Shown: positions 24,580-34,784 of the stretch, one piece after another
Numbering within the stretch: position 1 is the first letter of the stretch
Layout: each line of letters starts with the position of its first letter
Origin: a virus
Lineage: Duplodnaviria; Caudoviricetes
Strand: one strand, 5' to 3'
Virus record (IMG/VR): IMGVR_UViG_3300044724_001207
Coordinates: 1 to 40,174 of that record
DNA: 40,174 nucleotides
The notes under the pieces: generated by a model
Told to the model about the DNA's origin: nothing
Database searches by the model: none
What the model saw: only the letters and a program-made list of their open reading frames with translations
Position numbers and translations under genes: made by a program

Positions 24580-26292
24580 TTATTGTGATGAAAAAACATT
24601 GTTAGTGGACACAGCAAACACTTGCTTTAAACCACCAACGTCTGTTGTTGCGTCTGTTTTTACTTTTACTGTTGCGTAGTACCCTTTTATCCCTGACATG
24701 TCAACCCCGAATATAACTTCATCAATTCTTGCGGTACTATTATTAACAAGGTTAGACACATACTTACCTTCCTTCCTATCAAAACCTGCTCGGTATGTAA
24801 CCCCACCCTCTGTGTACGAACCTTCATCATAGCTATAGACGTTTGCGGTTACGTCTTGGTAGTCATTTAAACTAGGTGGGCCAGAATAATTATTAAGGTC
24901 GATACCTTGATTATCTGACTTAAAGCTCTCAACCTCCCAACCGTTAGTTCCTTCATAGGATACGGTGTTAAAGTTCTTAGACACTGAAACAGAAGGGTTA
25001 AACACAAAGGTTACACTTGTGTCAGTCTGAACCCCGTAGAACTGACCCCTATTCTTAGCTGTGGTCGCATCGTAGTGCTTCCATATACTACCATTTTTAC
25101 ATGTGTAGTAACTAGCGTTCAGGGTGTTAGCGAAGTCTGGTTTGTAATCCCAAAAGCTAGTCCATCCGTTGTTGGCATCGTTAAATGAAACCGTGTCGTA
25201 TTCTCCGTCTCCAGCAGAAAGGTCGGTTACTGATGGCTGAACTGATATAACAAACGCATCTGCATAGTTATTAAACCCACCAACAACCTTGTCTCTAACT
25301 AGCTTGTACAGGTTTAGTGTACCACTTCCTGAACCTATAGACTGACTGAAAGTAACATCCGCTACCGTGTCTGGTGTTGTTATGTTTATATCTGTGACAT
25401 ACGCACCACTTGTGCCTCCATAGTTTCCGTATATACTCATCCCAAGCTCTATAAGATTTACATTACCCGTCAATCCAATGGTTGTTCCAGTGCCAGATAC
25501 TGTAAAACTAAGTAGGTCACTTAAATTATAATTACTCGTTATTGGCGAAAATGCGTCCCTAAAGTAATCTCTCATACCATAATCACTAATTTCAGTGATT
25601 CCGTCCCTAGATAGCCTCATTACAGCACCCCTTGATTGGTCGGCAAAGTATATCCTATAACCCTTCTGTGCAAATGACTCTGGGTTTTTACTTATACCGT
25701 ACTCACCAGCGTATGGTGTCACCTGTCCTATTACAAGGTCGCTGGAGGTTACAGTTGCGTCACCCTGTGCTGAGTATATTGCAGACTTATCTATCAACGC
25801 CCTACTCACCTTATCTTCTTGAAACACCATAAGGTTACCATCGTTGGTGTATATCCTCTGTATGCTTCCATATGTTGGGTCCACGCTCTTTGTAATGTTC
25901 TCACCTATAGAGAATACGTTTGTCTCATTAAAGTCCGTTAGAGCGTTGTATATTCCAGAGTATGTCAAAGAGTTTGATGACGCTATTTCATCGTCATTCT
26001 CTTCTGTTATGTAAGCCCTTACACCGTACCCAGCCTCCGTGTTGTTGTAACCACCCCTAATTCTAGACTCCTCTAAATACCACATGTAATCTGTGCTTGG
26101 GTCTGCTGTTTGAAGAGAGCCAGTTGTTGTTTGTTTGTTGTTGGCAGGCCATGTTATAGGATTTGGAGTAACACTAGCTCCGTCATAAGGACTCCAAGGA
26201 AGACCAGGCCACATAGCAAACCCATCTATGGTGTCAATAACCTTCTTTAGAATAAACGAATTAAAATACTTTACCTCTATTAATGCACTCAT
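24580..26292 (-). CDS. tail stabilisation/muzzle-like protein, C-terminal part
   Basis: DPTYGSIQ, GEYGISKNPESFA and YFAD..RG.VMRLSRDGITEISDYGM beta-propeller-like motifs resembling P22 gp10-like/crAss muzzle proteins. Confidence 0.7.
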   Translation of the reverse strand: MSALIEVKYFNSFILKKVIDTIDGFAMWPGLPWSPYDGASVTPNPITWPANNKQTTTGSLQTADPSTDYMWYLEESRIRGGYNNTEAGYGVRAYITEENDDEIASSNSLTYSGIYNALTDFNETNVFSIGENITKSVDPTYGSIQRIYTNDGNLMVFQEDKVSRALIDKSAIYSAQGDATVTSSDLVIGQVTPYAGEYGISKNPESFAQKGYRIYFADQSRGAVMRLSRDGITEISDYGMRDYFRDAFSPITSNYNLSDLLSFTVSGTGTTIGLTGNVNLIELGMSIYGNYGGTSGAYVTDINITTPDTVADVTFSQSIGSGSGTLNLYKLVRDKVVGGFNNYADAFVISVQPSVTDLSAGDGEYDTVSFNDANNGWTSFWDYKPDFANTLNASYYTCKNGSIWKHYDATTAKNRGQFYGVQTDTSVTFVFNPSVSVSKNFNTVSYEGTNGWEVESFKSDNQGIDLNNYSGPPSLNDYQDVTANVYSYDEGSYTEGGVTYRAGFDRKEGKYVSNLVNNSTARIDEVIFGVDMSGIKGYYATVKVKTDATTDVGGLKQVFAVSTNNVFSSQ

Positions 26293-26293
26293 A

Positions 26294-29200
26294 TTAGTCT
26301 GTTCTATTTAGTACGATAGGTGTTGTTACAATTGAATCAGTCAATCCTGTCCCACTTGCATCCGTTAATTTTAGTGTGACCCTCACAGATGTCGATGTTC
26401 TATTCTGATATGTGTAAAGTGCTGTACTGTTTGTGGCGTTTACGTCTAAACAGATGAGTTGATTGTTGTACTGTAGTGTCTCCGCTATTTCTTGACCACT
26501 ACCCTTTACAATTCTAAACATGTCATACGGAGATGTCTGATACTCAGTCCATACACTGCCATTACCAACCCAAAGGAACTCAACCTTTGTAACCTCCCAA
26601 ACCAATCCAACCTTTTGGTCAGATGTCTGTGCTGCACCATTATCACCATCCAACACGGCAAAATCACCCCATGTTGAAGGCGGTCTTATCTCTGGCAATG
26701 GGTCATTTTCAGTCGCAGTCCCCGATGGTGCTACATTTGCGAGGTAGTTCCCATATCCCGTAGATATTAAAGATGTCCCACCACCAACACCAAACGCACT
26801 TGTTGCTTGTATTGTAAACGTGTAGTTGTCTTTTACAGGACTAAACTGTGTGTACTTGAAGTATGTCCCTGCTGTTGTTGAAAGTCGAAACTGAGGTTGC
26901 GCACCAACCTTTGATAACTCAAACTTATCTGTGACAATACCACCGTTACCATCCCTAACCTCTATTAGTGTTGCGGTCTCTGTACCACCAGCTATATCCT
27001 GCCCACCAGCAGTTGCTAAATCAAAAGAACACACCTCATCTGTTGGCACATTATCTTCAGACAAACTCCAAGTAAAGTTGTTCAGTTGTACTGGTAACAC
27101 AGAGAAGTTTTGCTCCACACTTCTATTTAATTCAGATATAAGACCAGAGGTGCTGGACTCCCAAAATATATCTAAATTTGAGAATGTTGGTGCCGTTTCG
27201 TACACATTAAGCCGAACCATTAGGTTTGTAACCGTTTCGTATGGTGGGTCTGTGGTTAAATCACCACCCCCTAAAGCACCTATCCTATCTATGGTTGAAA
27301 CCCTACCTATGTATGGGTTTGCTCCTTTCAAAGCTGAACCATCACCTAAAGTGTCCCCAACCCCATCAGTCGGTATGCTGTAGAACGGTGAGCTATAATA
27401 CTCATCACCATTTTCTGTTTTATCCAAACCTATCTCATCCCTATCACCTATAAGTATTACCTCATCACCGATATTACTAGGAAAATATTGTAGATTAGTC
27501 CTTCCTGAGTTGGTTAAAAACCCTTCATTCCAAACCCTACCAAACAATCTAACGGAACTAGAAAACTGAACGTCTTGAGGCCCAACCTCTTGCAAGTCCC
27601 TAGGAACCTTATTTATGTTGTCAGAGAAAAGAGTTATGTGTGCTTGGTCTGTAGATACCTTGTATGTGTTTAAATCAGATGCCTGAATTGTTATAACTAA
27701 GTTACCAGTTGCGCTACCTAACAACGCCCCATTAACCGTTATGGTATCCCCAGCAGCAAAACCAGTACCACGATTTACCGTCGTTACGGTTTGTGCGGAA
27801 TTAGATGTAGCAGACACTATTACACTTATTATAAGGCCCGTACCACTGCCGCTAGTGGTGTATCCAGCCGTTACCCCAACTGTTCCTGTATAAGTTCCTG
27901 CATTAAAATCTGTTTGATTGGTGGTTATACTATCGGTTAGTGCGCCTGGCCCTCTGGTAAGTTCTGTCCCACGAAAAACGTCCTGTGGGTATCCGTTTAG
28001 AATGGTAGGTAGGTATACATTGTAGTAGCTTTGCTCTTGTTGCTTAACCACCATCTTATAGCTGTACCAACCCAAAGGATTTGTTGTCTCGTCATACAAT
28101 CCCACATAACCTATGTTTGAAGAGGTTGATGGTATTGGTGCGTTAAACAATACCTGTAGTGAATCACCAAGATAATCTAAGTCCATTACCGAACTCTTGT
28201 AGGGGTGAAACACTGTTGAGTTAGGGGATAGTATAACGTCTGACTGTCTTCCGTACTTGTCAGATAAAACGACCCCAACTTGATACGTTCTGTTTTGCTT
28301 TAACGTGTGGTTTGGGTACTCTCTCTGCGATGTTGAGCCATAATCTCCAAACGTAATTTTTTCACCAGTTGATACAGTATAATTTAATGAGTCTAAAGAT
28401 GCACTCCTTAGAGTTAAGTTACCATACATCACCCTGTTTCCTGCAACCGCTTGAGCCTTAGCTCTTAACGGAACTCTGTCACTAACTCTAATGGTTTCTT
28501 TTGATGGCAATGACTTTATTGGTTTTGATGAATTGTATGTGTATACATAGTCGATGCCAGAATCAGCTGTTTCTATCTCATCAAATGTTATGGTGTCCAC
28601 CACCCTTATAGTTGTGCCTTCAGACTCTTTGTATAGTACGTCTATGGCCGTGACTTTGTACTTATCGTAAAGGTTATTATTAAGGCCGTCTAACACTACA
28701 CCTTCAGGCATTGGTATACTTAACTCCACCTTATCAACCTTATTTTCAAAAAAGTCAACCACAGTGCTTTTAAGGGTGTTTAACTCATCACTGTTGGCAT
28801 CGTTGTCTAATACGCTTGTGGGTATAGAGTCCTCTAAAAAATACCCGTCCTGCTTTGGTATAAACGCTGCCTGAGAGAATGGGGCTATCAAAGAGTATTC
28901 GTTGTCTTCAAACTTAAATCTGTAGCTAAATCTTACAAACTTATCTGACAAAAACTGTTCATCTCCCGTGAATGAAGCATCGTAGTCGGGGTTATCTGTA
29001 ACACCGTCAGGTAATTTCGTACTGGTGACATCATACATAGATGGTGTTCTAACCATGTTCTCTCTGCCAATAACAAATACTGCGTCAGCAAATGCTAATG
29101 AGCCTCCAAACACAGTAGATAGAGTGTTTCCTGGTATAGTTATGGTGTCACCTGGTTCGTAGTCTAGTCCTCCAGAGGTTATGACTCCTGGCTGTAGGGT

Positions 29201-30007
29201 GTACTCCCCTGAACCAACACTTGTTTCCGTAGCATCAACAGTAAAACTCAATGTTCCTGTCCCAGCACCACTTGTTGTGACTGGAGATGGTGTACCAACA
29301 CCCACTGTGAAGGTTTGAGGAAGCACAGGTGGGGTTAGGCCAAACATTCTAGAATTAGTCTGTATTTGTAATCGACTACCTACAAACAAGTCTCCATCAC
29401 CTGAAAGCTTTGTAATGTCTGGTGCAAGGCATGGGTAATACTTAGCTACAGATATGTGGTCCTCAGATGTGTAGTATGGATTTGCAGAACCGTATGGGTT
29501 TGCTAACGCTAGGTTTACGTTAATCTTTCTTGGTTGATTTCTATTGTCAGTGAAGAATAACAGGTTCTCTATAAGGTCGATGCCTAAAACCTCGTGCGTG
29601 TCGGAGAAGTTTAAGAAGCTACCACCAACCAATACCGTGTAATCGTTTGATATTGTGTTGTATACAGCTATGTAATGAGCAGATGCGGCTGGTGCTGGAT
29701 TTGTTAAAGCTGTGGGGGAAGAGTCTGTGTAGTTAGTTATAAACGCAAATAACCTATCATTAGTGGTGTCTACATAAAAACCTATAATCTTTAGATTGGT
29801 GTCGTAAGCAGAAGTATAGGTGTTAAGAACCTTAAAATCAGTCAGCTCTATGTTACCAAGAACATTCTCCAATACCCCTGAGTCACCCCCAGCAGAGTCT
29901 GTAACCGAAGCATTTCTAGCCTCTATGTATTCTCGGTTAGATATTAATCTTGGGTCTAGGTCTTTATTCATCTTAGCCCCAAGAAAAACATTTTTAGTTT
30001 CTGCCAT
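26294..30007 (-). CDS. tail stabilisation/muzzle-like protein, N-terminal part with inserted beta-domains
   Basis: MNKDLDPRL...EYIEARN start, LLFFTDNRNQPRKIN, RFSYRFKFEDNEYS, GNRVMYGN and YQVGVVLSDKYGRQS. Confidence 0.7.
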   Translation of the reverse strand: MAETKNVFLGAKMNKDLDPRLISNREYIEARNASVTDSAGGDSGVLENVLGNIELTDFKVLNTYTSAYDTNLKIIGFYVDTTNDRLFAFITNYTDSSPTALTNPAPAASAHYIAVYNTISNDYTVLVGGSFLNFSDTHEVLGIDLIENLLFFTDNRNQPRKINVNLALANPYGSANPYYTSEDHISVAKYYPCLAPDITKLSGDGDLFVGSRLQIQTNSRMFGLTPPVLPQTFTVGVGTPSPVTTSGAGTGTLSFTVDATETSVGSGEYTLQPGVITSGGLDYEPGDTITIPGNTLSTVFGGSLAFADAVFVIGRENMVRTPSMYDVTSTKLPDGVTDNPDYDASFTGDEQFLSDKFVRFSYRFKFEDNEYSLIAPFSQAAFIPKQDGYFLEDSIPTSVLDNDANSDELNTLKSTVVDFFENKVDKVELSIPMPEGVVLDGLNNNLYDKYKVTAIDVLYKESEGTTIRVVDTITFDEIETADSGIDYVYTYNSSKPIKSLPSKETIRVSDRVPLRAKAQAVAGNRVMYGNLTLRSASLDSLNYTVSTGEKITFGDYGSTSQREYPNHTLKQNRTYQVGVVLSDKYGRQSDVILSPNSTVFHPYKSSVMDLDYLGDSLQVLFNAPIPSTSSNIGYVGLYDETTNPLGWYSYKMVVKQQEQSYYNVYLPTILNGYPQDVFRGTELTRGPGALTDSITTNQTDFNAGTYTGTVGVTAGYTTSGSGTGLIISVIVSATSNSAQTVTTVNRGTGFAAGDTITVNGALLGSATGNLVITIQASDLNTYKVSTDQAHITLFSDNINKVPRDLQEVGPQDVQFSSSVRLFGRVWNEGFLTNSGRTNLQYFPSNIGDEVILIGDRDEIGLDKTENGDEYYSSPFYSIPTDGVGDTLGDGSALKGANPYIGRVSTIDRIGALGGGDLTTDPPYETVTNLMVRLNVYETAPTFSNLDIFWESSTSGLISELNRSVEQNFSVLPVQLNNFTWSLSEDNVPTDEVCSFDLATAGGQDIAGGTETATLIEVRDGNGGIVTDKFELSKVGAQPQFRLSTTAGTYFKYTQFSPVKDNYTFTIQATSAFGVGGGTSLISTGYGNYLANVAPSGTATENDPLPEIRPPSTWGDFAVLDGDNGAAQTSDQKVGLVWEVTKVEFLWVGNGSVWTEYQTSPYDMFRIVKGSGQEIAETLQYNNQLICLDVNATNSTALYTYQNRTSTSVRVTLKLTDASGTGLTDSIVTTPIVLNRTD

Positions 30008-30013
30008 TTAATT

Positions 30014-31219
30014 CTAGTTTTTAATCATCTTGGACTTACCCCTCATTACTTGAGTAAGTTCTCCTATCTTGAGGTTAGAGAGTCTAATCTTAGCGTTTCT
30101 TAACTTAGCATACCTCTCTTGCTTCCATCTTCTTACAGCATACTCTGGTTGATTAGACCTTGTTGAAAGTATAGAGTATACCAAGTGTGCGTACATTGCA
30201 TCCTCAGCCATCTTAGGTACCCTAGAGTCCTCGTGATAAGCTAAACCATCGGACACATACTCTATTACAACCAATTGGTTTGCAAGGTTACTTGAGAAGC
30301 TAAAGGAGTTGGTTCTTTCACTTATACTAAACCAACCATTACCCTGTGTCAATGTTGGGTCTAACCCGTATCTCTGACCAAAGTATCCACCGTATCCCCA
30401 AGCATAACCCTGACCATATCCCCACCAATCATACCCTTGATTAACTTGGTCTTGAGTGAATATACCTGTGATTTGATTTGTGTCGTTAGTGTTCCAATTT
30501 TCTTCTGTCTGTGAACTAAGCTGTACGTTAGTCCCGAAACCGTCTTGTACAATTTCACCTGTAGAGTCCTGCTCTGGGCTTTGTACTGGGTTGATTGTCA
30601 AGTTATTAGCTGGATATACAATATGCTTAACACCTATAGAGTCTATCCAAGACACCCTAACGTAGTTGACATAGTCCTGTGGTAGTGGCAAACTCAGGCT
30701 TGATGGTACGGTTAGTTCTATTGAACTTACACTTTTTAGTGTGTCGTATGTGAACTCTTGTAACCCTCGCTTTGCATGGAATATAACATCGGTTCTTTTA
30801 ACGCTAGGTATAAGCTTACCAGCTCCAACGTAAGCGATTAAAAAGTTGTTTACGATGTCCCCTAGCTTTATGTATGAATAACCCCCGTAATTCGACTGTA
30901 CTGCGGTTACGAATAACGCCACCCTTACAAGAATACTTGGACCCAAATTCACAGGAACAGCGTTTGTACCACTTATTATAGTGTTACTTGTGTTTGTCTT
31001 AACCTCTGAGGGTACGGTAACCCATGTCACCCCATTGTCGTTACTTGTCTGTAGGTAATAGTTTCTGTCATACTCACCTGCAACACCGTCTGTAAGTTCA
31101 GTATTGAAGGTTGTTACAAACTCACTTTGAGTTGTTGCAGCCCCAAGTGTGTAAGCTTTTTGGCCAACATAATATTCTTCATTTGTTTCGGTAACTAAAC
31201 CTCCGTTTGGTGTTGACAT
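30014..31219 (-). CDS. tail ring / tubular (adaptor) protein
   Basis: Position in the module, plus LPLPQDYVNYV, RGLQEF and RNAKIRLS patterns of ring proteins. Confidence 0.6.
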   Translation of the reverse strand: MSTPNGGLVTETNEEYYVGQKAYTLGAATTQSEFVTTFNTELTDGVAGEYDRNYYLQTSNDNGVTWVTVPSEVKTNTSNTIISGTNAVPVNLGPSILVRVALFVTAVQSNYGGYSYIKLGDIVNNFLIAYVGAGKLIPSVKRTDVIFHAKRGLQEFTYDTLKSVSSIELTVPSSLSLPLPQDYVNYVRVSWIDSIGVKHIVYPANNLTINPVQSPEQDSTGEIVQDGFGTNVQLSSQTEENWNTNDTNQITGIFTQDQVNQGYDWWGYGQGYAWGYGGYFGQRYGLDPTLTQGNGWFSISERTNSFSFSSNLANQLVVIEYVSDGLAYHEDSRVPKMAEDAMYAHLVYSILSTRSNQPEYAVRRWKQERYAKLRNAKIRLSNLKIGELTQVMRGKSKMIKN

Positions 31220-31225
31220 ATTCTA

Positions 31226-32254
31226 TTAGCTTTTTTCGTTTATCTCTTCTGTTCTAGCCTCTTGTGCAGCAGCTTGAACTATTTGTGGGTCTCTAATCAC
31301 TACACCGAAGTAGAACAATAACTTGATTATGAAGTCAGTTTGCTCTGATGGATGTAGCTCTATGTTTGTTGAGCCGTATGTGCTTCCACTATTAAAGTCA
31401 GATGCTTGAAGTGTTATTTGCACTGGTGGGCTTCCACCCCCTAATTGTCCTGAGGTAATCTCTATTACGTCTCCGACTACATACCCTGTACCTGCTGTGG
31501 TTACACTCAGTGTTACGTTTGTAGCTGTGGTTACGTTTGCAGATATTACAAGTCCTGTACCCGAACCCCCAGTGTATGATGGAGTGTATGTACCAAGAGT
31601 ACCCCCAGTAATACCAGCGGTGATGCTACTTGTTAGTGTGTTTGTACCTGTGTTCAGTAAAGACTCACCATAAACAGTGGGGTCATATATGTACTGACCC
31701 AATGAACCAACACTGTAACCCCATCTTGGCTCTGTAGGTTTTCTAAGGTAGTTTACAGTGACCCGTGAGTCTACTGAATTTATACTGTCTGGTTTAACAT
31801 ACATCCTTTCATTTTCATAAAGGTATGTGGGGAAGTATTTTGTCGATGCTGTGAGTAATGACTTCTGTATATTGTAAAAGTCATGTCTCTGCAATCTCTG
31901 AAGTTCTACTTGATTTCCATTTATACCAGTATAAACCACTGTACCTAAGCGATATAGGTCAGATGGTAGTGTATAATATGGTGTGCTTGGGGTTGTGAGA
32001 TTGTCGTATGTTGCGTCACCGAAAGCTTTGAATATAGAAAGCTTCTCGTCTGTGTTCATTATTCTGTCTGAATAATCAGCGTCTGCCTGCGGAACACGAA
32101 TCTGTTGGTTTAGTTCCTCTGCATAGCTTTCAAACATTTGCAGTTGAACTTGATTGGCTATCTTATTGAACTCATTAGGTGTAACATAACCTCTCTGTTC
32201 CTTGTTAAGAATCAGTAATGCGGTTTTATATACCTCGTTAATGTTTATAGCCAT
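31226..32254 (-). CDS. head-tail ring protein (crAss-like ring family) with inserted beta-domain
   Basis: NKEQRGYVTPNEFN..A..VQ, LPSDLYRL, YLRKP and ELHPSE motifs; position after the capsid genes. Confidence 0.65.
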   Translation of the reverse strand: MAININEVYKTALLILNKEQRGYVTPNEFNKIANQVQLQMFESYAEELNQQIRVPQADADYSDRIMNTDEKLSIFKAFGDATYDNLTTPSTPYYTLPSDLYRLGTVVYTGINGNQVELQRLQRHDFYNIQKSLLTASTKYFPTYLYENERMYVKPDSINSVDSRVTVNYLRKPTEPRWGYSVGSLGQYIYDPTVYGESLLNTGTNTLTSSITAGITGGTLGTYTPSYTGGSGTGLVISANVTTATNVTLSVTTAGTGYVVGDVIEITSGQLGGGSPPVQITLQASDFNSGSTYGSTNIELHPSEQTDFIIKLLFYFGVVIRDPQIVQAAAQEARTEEINEKS

Positions 32255-32275
32255 ATTTATTTTTTATTAATTATA

Positions 32276-32308
32276 AGGGATAGGCCAGCTTTGTACCGAC
32301 CTAGCCCT
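32276..32308 (-). other. intergenic RNA hairpin (weak terminator or processing/stability stem)
   Basis: Minus strand AGGGCTAGGTCGGT-ACAAA-GCTGGCCTATCCCT with several G-U pairs valid only on this strand; no long U tract. Confidence 0.6.
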
Positions 32309-32326
32309 ATAATATATATTACGTTG

Positions 32327-33190
32327 TTACATTAGTTTTTTCTCGATAGATGAAAATATTTCCATACCCTCGTCTGTCTTGAAAAATGAAGCCATAGCTG
32401 AGTATGGGTGTTCATCAAATGGAACGGTCATTAACTTTCTACCATTACTAGCCCATGTAAATGTACGTTGGTCTTGAGATAGTCTAATGATACCCTGTTC
32501 AGCCGCTTTAATTGCAAAGTTTCTAAGCTGAATGTTATCATCTAACGCTAGACTAATAAACAATCTTGGATTACTCTTAGCCATTATCATAAGGTCTCTT
32601 CGTATTTCCTTACTTGTCATCTTAGAAACATTTGAACCCTTTTCAGCTCTAAGTATAGCCTCTGCGTGGTCGATATCAATCTCCCTTGCCGCTGTCATTG
32701 CCTCAAGCTCAGTCTCTAAATCCTCTAGTCCATATTCAGCCTCCTGTACAGGGTCAAACTCTTTATAAAGTTTATCCTTGTGTGGGTGATATAAAGACAA
32801 TAACCTTTGAAGTGACTGCTTCTCTTTAGGTACATTCAAAACACCATCCTTAAAAACAATGTGTTCCATTGTTACAGAGCCATTCTGTTCATCTACAAAA
32901 CAGCTTTTCTGATTTGTTGCGTACCGTATCTCTCTCTGAGAGTTTGTCTCAGGGTCAAACCACAATAGTGGATGTCTTGGAGTGTGTTTACTTGCCAATG
33001 TATAAGTTAATGGTGACTTACCCCCTGTCAAATAGTATTGACGGGGTTTAATCTCCCACTCATCTTTCTTCTTGGTTTCTTTTACTTCAACTGGCTTAGG
33101 GGCTACTGGAGCCTCAATTACAGTTTCAGTTTCTTTTACAACCTCTTCTACTTGAGGTGTTGTTGTTGTTGTTTTTCTTGGCCTTGCCAT
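32327..33190 (-). CDS. conserved virion-associated protein downstream of the MCP (287 aa)
   Basis: Occupies the position of the conserved gene following the MCP in crAss-like modules; low-complexity N-terminus. Confidence 0.6.
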   Translation of the reverse strand: MARPRKTTTTTPQVEEVVKETETVIEAPVAPKPVEVKETKKKDEWEIKPRQYYLTGGKSPLTYTLASKHTPRHPLLWFDPETNSQREIRYATNQKSCFVDEQNGSVTMEHIVFKDGVLNVPKEKQSLQRLLSLYHPHKDKLYKEFDPVQEAEYGLEDLETELEAMTAAREIDIDHAEAILRAEKGSNVSKMTSKEIRRDLMIMAKSNPRLFISLALDDNIQLRNFAIKAAEQGIIRLSQDQRTFTWASNGRKLMTVPFDEHPYSAMASFFKTDEGMEIFSSIEKKLM

Positions 33191-33213
33191 GATATAATAT
33201 AATTAAATAGTTT

Positions 33214-33256
33214 AAAAAAAATAAAACTTGAGGCCACATAATGCAGCCCCAAGTTT
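33214..33256 (-). terminator. intrinsic terminator after the major capsid gene
   Basis: Minus strand AAACTTGGGGCTGC...GTGGCCTCAAGTTT followed by TATTTTTTTT. Confidence 0.8.
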
Positions 33257-33269
33257 ATAAGATTAATGC

Positions 33270-34778
33270 TTACGCAGTAGCCTTGAACAACACGAAGTTG
33301 TTAGCAGCCTGAGTAACCAAACAACGCTCAGAAAGGAAATGAACCTTCATTACGTCTTCTCCTGAAGTAGCAGCACCACCTACAGAACCTGTAATCCAAG
33401 ACTTCATTCTTCGGTCATCAGCTTCAGAAGCACGATAACGAGCGTGAAGGAATGGTCTACGAATGTTAGTACCTAACATCTGGTCGTAAACAGTAGTTGT
33501 TCCAGCAGGAACCAATACACCCTCTATGTCTCCTGTAAGACCACGAGTAGAAGCATCGTTAAGATATTTCCAATCAGTCTTGTAGAAGTCGTAAGAACCT
33601 CTTCGGAATCCAGAGAATCCTAAGTTCAGAGCCATTTCAGAGCTGTTCTCGAATACTCCATAAGAAGTACCACCAGCACCGTAAGAGTTCTGAGCAGCAA
33701 GCATATCGTCCATGTCTAGTGACGTAGCACGATTCAAGAATAGCATGTTCTCCTCAATAGCACCCTGCTTGTCAAGGTTAGCTAGAATCTTGTCGAAGTC
33801 AGCTAAACCAGTAGCAGCAGTGAAGTTGTTATACACGTTTCCTCGCTCCTCGATAGCAGCAAAAAGACCCTGTGTACCCTTCACGTTAGCATTAGCACTA
33901 CCTCCAGCTAATTGTCCGATAGCAGCAGAAGTTGCTGTTGCAAGCTCACCTTCTACAGAAACCATCTCTAGGTAATCCTGAAAACGTAGACGAGTCTCGC
34001 CTTCAGCCTTCAAGTACCAAAGGTATCCAGAAAGTCCAGCCTCATCAGTAACTTCAACCCAACCAATTTGAGAAGCGTCAGAACCTGAAACCTCATACTG
34101 GTCTTTGATGATTACTGGGCTATTGTTGTACTGAGTGAATGATGGTGTAATAGAACCAGTCATAGAGTCAGTACCCTTACCAAATTCAGAACCATACACG
34201 AAGATTTTAATCTCTCCACCGTTAACATCGTTACGAACATCATCCAAGTCACCAGCAGTGTAAGGATAGGCATTAAACTTCCAGTTGTTTCCTGGAGAGT
34301 TGCTTTCAGGCTCGGCAGCAACAAAACACTTAACAGAGTTTAGGCTTACTGTGTTGTAAACAACAATAGTAGAACCAGCTCGGATAATAGGTTGAATAGA
34401 CGCTCCAGAAGAGTCCTCTCCAGCTACATCCTGAATCAAAGTTGTGCTACCACCAATAGTAATATTTGATGCGTCAGCAGGTACCCCACTACCACCCATA
34501 CCACTCTCGAAAGAAAGGTGTAGACGGTTTTGCTCAGACCAAATAACTTGGTCAGAAGTCATTGGCATCTCAGCCCCAACCATACGAAGAAAACCAGAGA
34601 TTGTACGGTTACCGTAACGCTCTACTTCAGCTTCATAGATTTCAGGCAGATACTGCTGTGCGAAGTCGTTTCCGCTTCCATCAGCAAAGTTTAAATAAGA
34701 ACCTTGAGTAATACTCTTAAATGGAGTAGGTACCAAGGAAAACGAACCCAACGGGTCGTTAGTTGCAAATGTTCCCAT
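33270..34778 (-). CDS. major capsid protein
   Basis: 502 aa, follows portal and scaffold, followed by a terminator; codon bias looks like that of a highly expressed gene (by eye). Confidence 0.85.
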   Translation of the reverse strand: MGTFATNDPLGSFSLVPTPFKSITQGSYLNFADGSGNDFAQQYLPEIYEAEVERYGNRTISGFLRMVGAEMPMTSDQVIWSEQNRLHLSFESGMGGSGVPADASNITIGGSTTLIQDVAGEDSSGASIQPIIRAGSTIVVYNTVSLNSVKCFVAAEPESNSPGNNWKFNAYPYTAGDLDDVRNDVNGGEIKIFVYGSEFGKGTDSMTGSITPSFTQYNNSPVIIKDQYEVSGSDASQIGWVEVTDEAGLSGYLWYLKAEGETRLRFQDYLEMVSVEGELATATSAAIGQLAGGSANANVKGTQGLFAAIEERGNVYNNFTAATGLADFDKILANLDKQGAIEENMLFLNRATSLDMDDMLAAQNSYGAGGTSYGVFENSSEMALNLGFSGFRRGSYDFYKTDWKYLNDASTRGLTGDIEGVLVPAGTTTVYDQMLGTNIRRPFLHARYRASEADDRRMKSWITGSVGGAATSGEDVMKVHFLSERCLVTQAANNFVLFKATA

Positions 34779-34784
34779 AATTTA

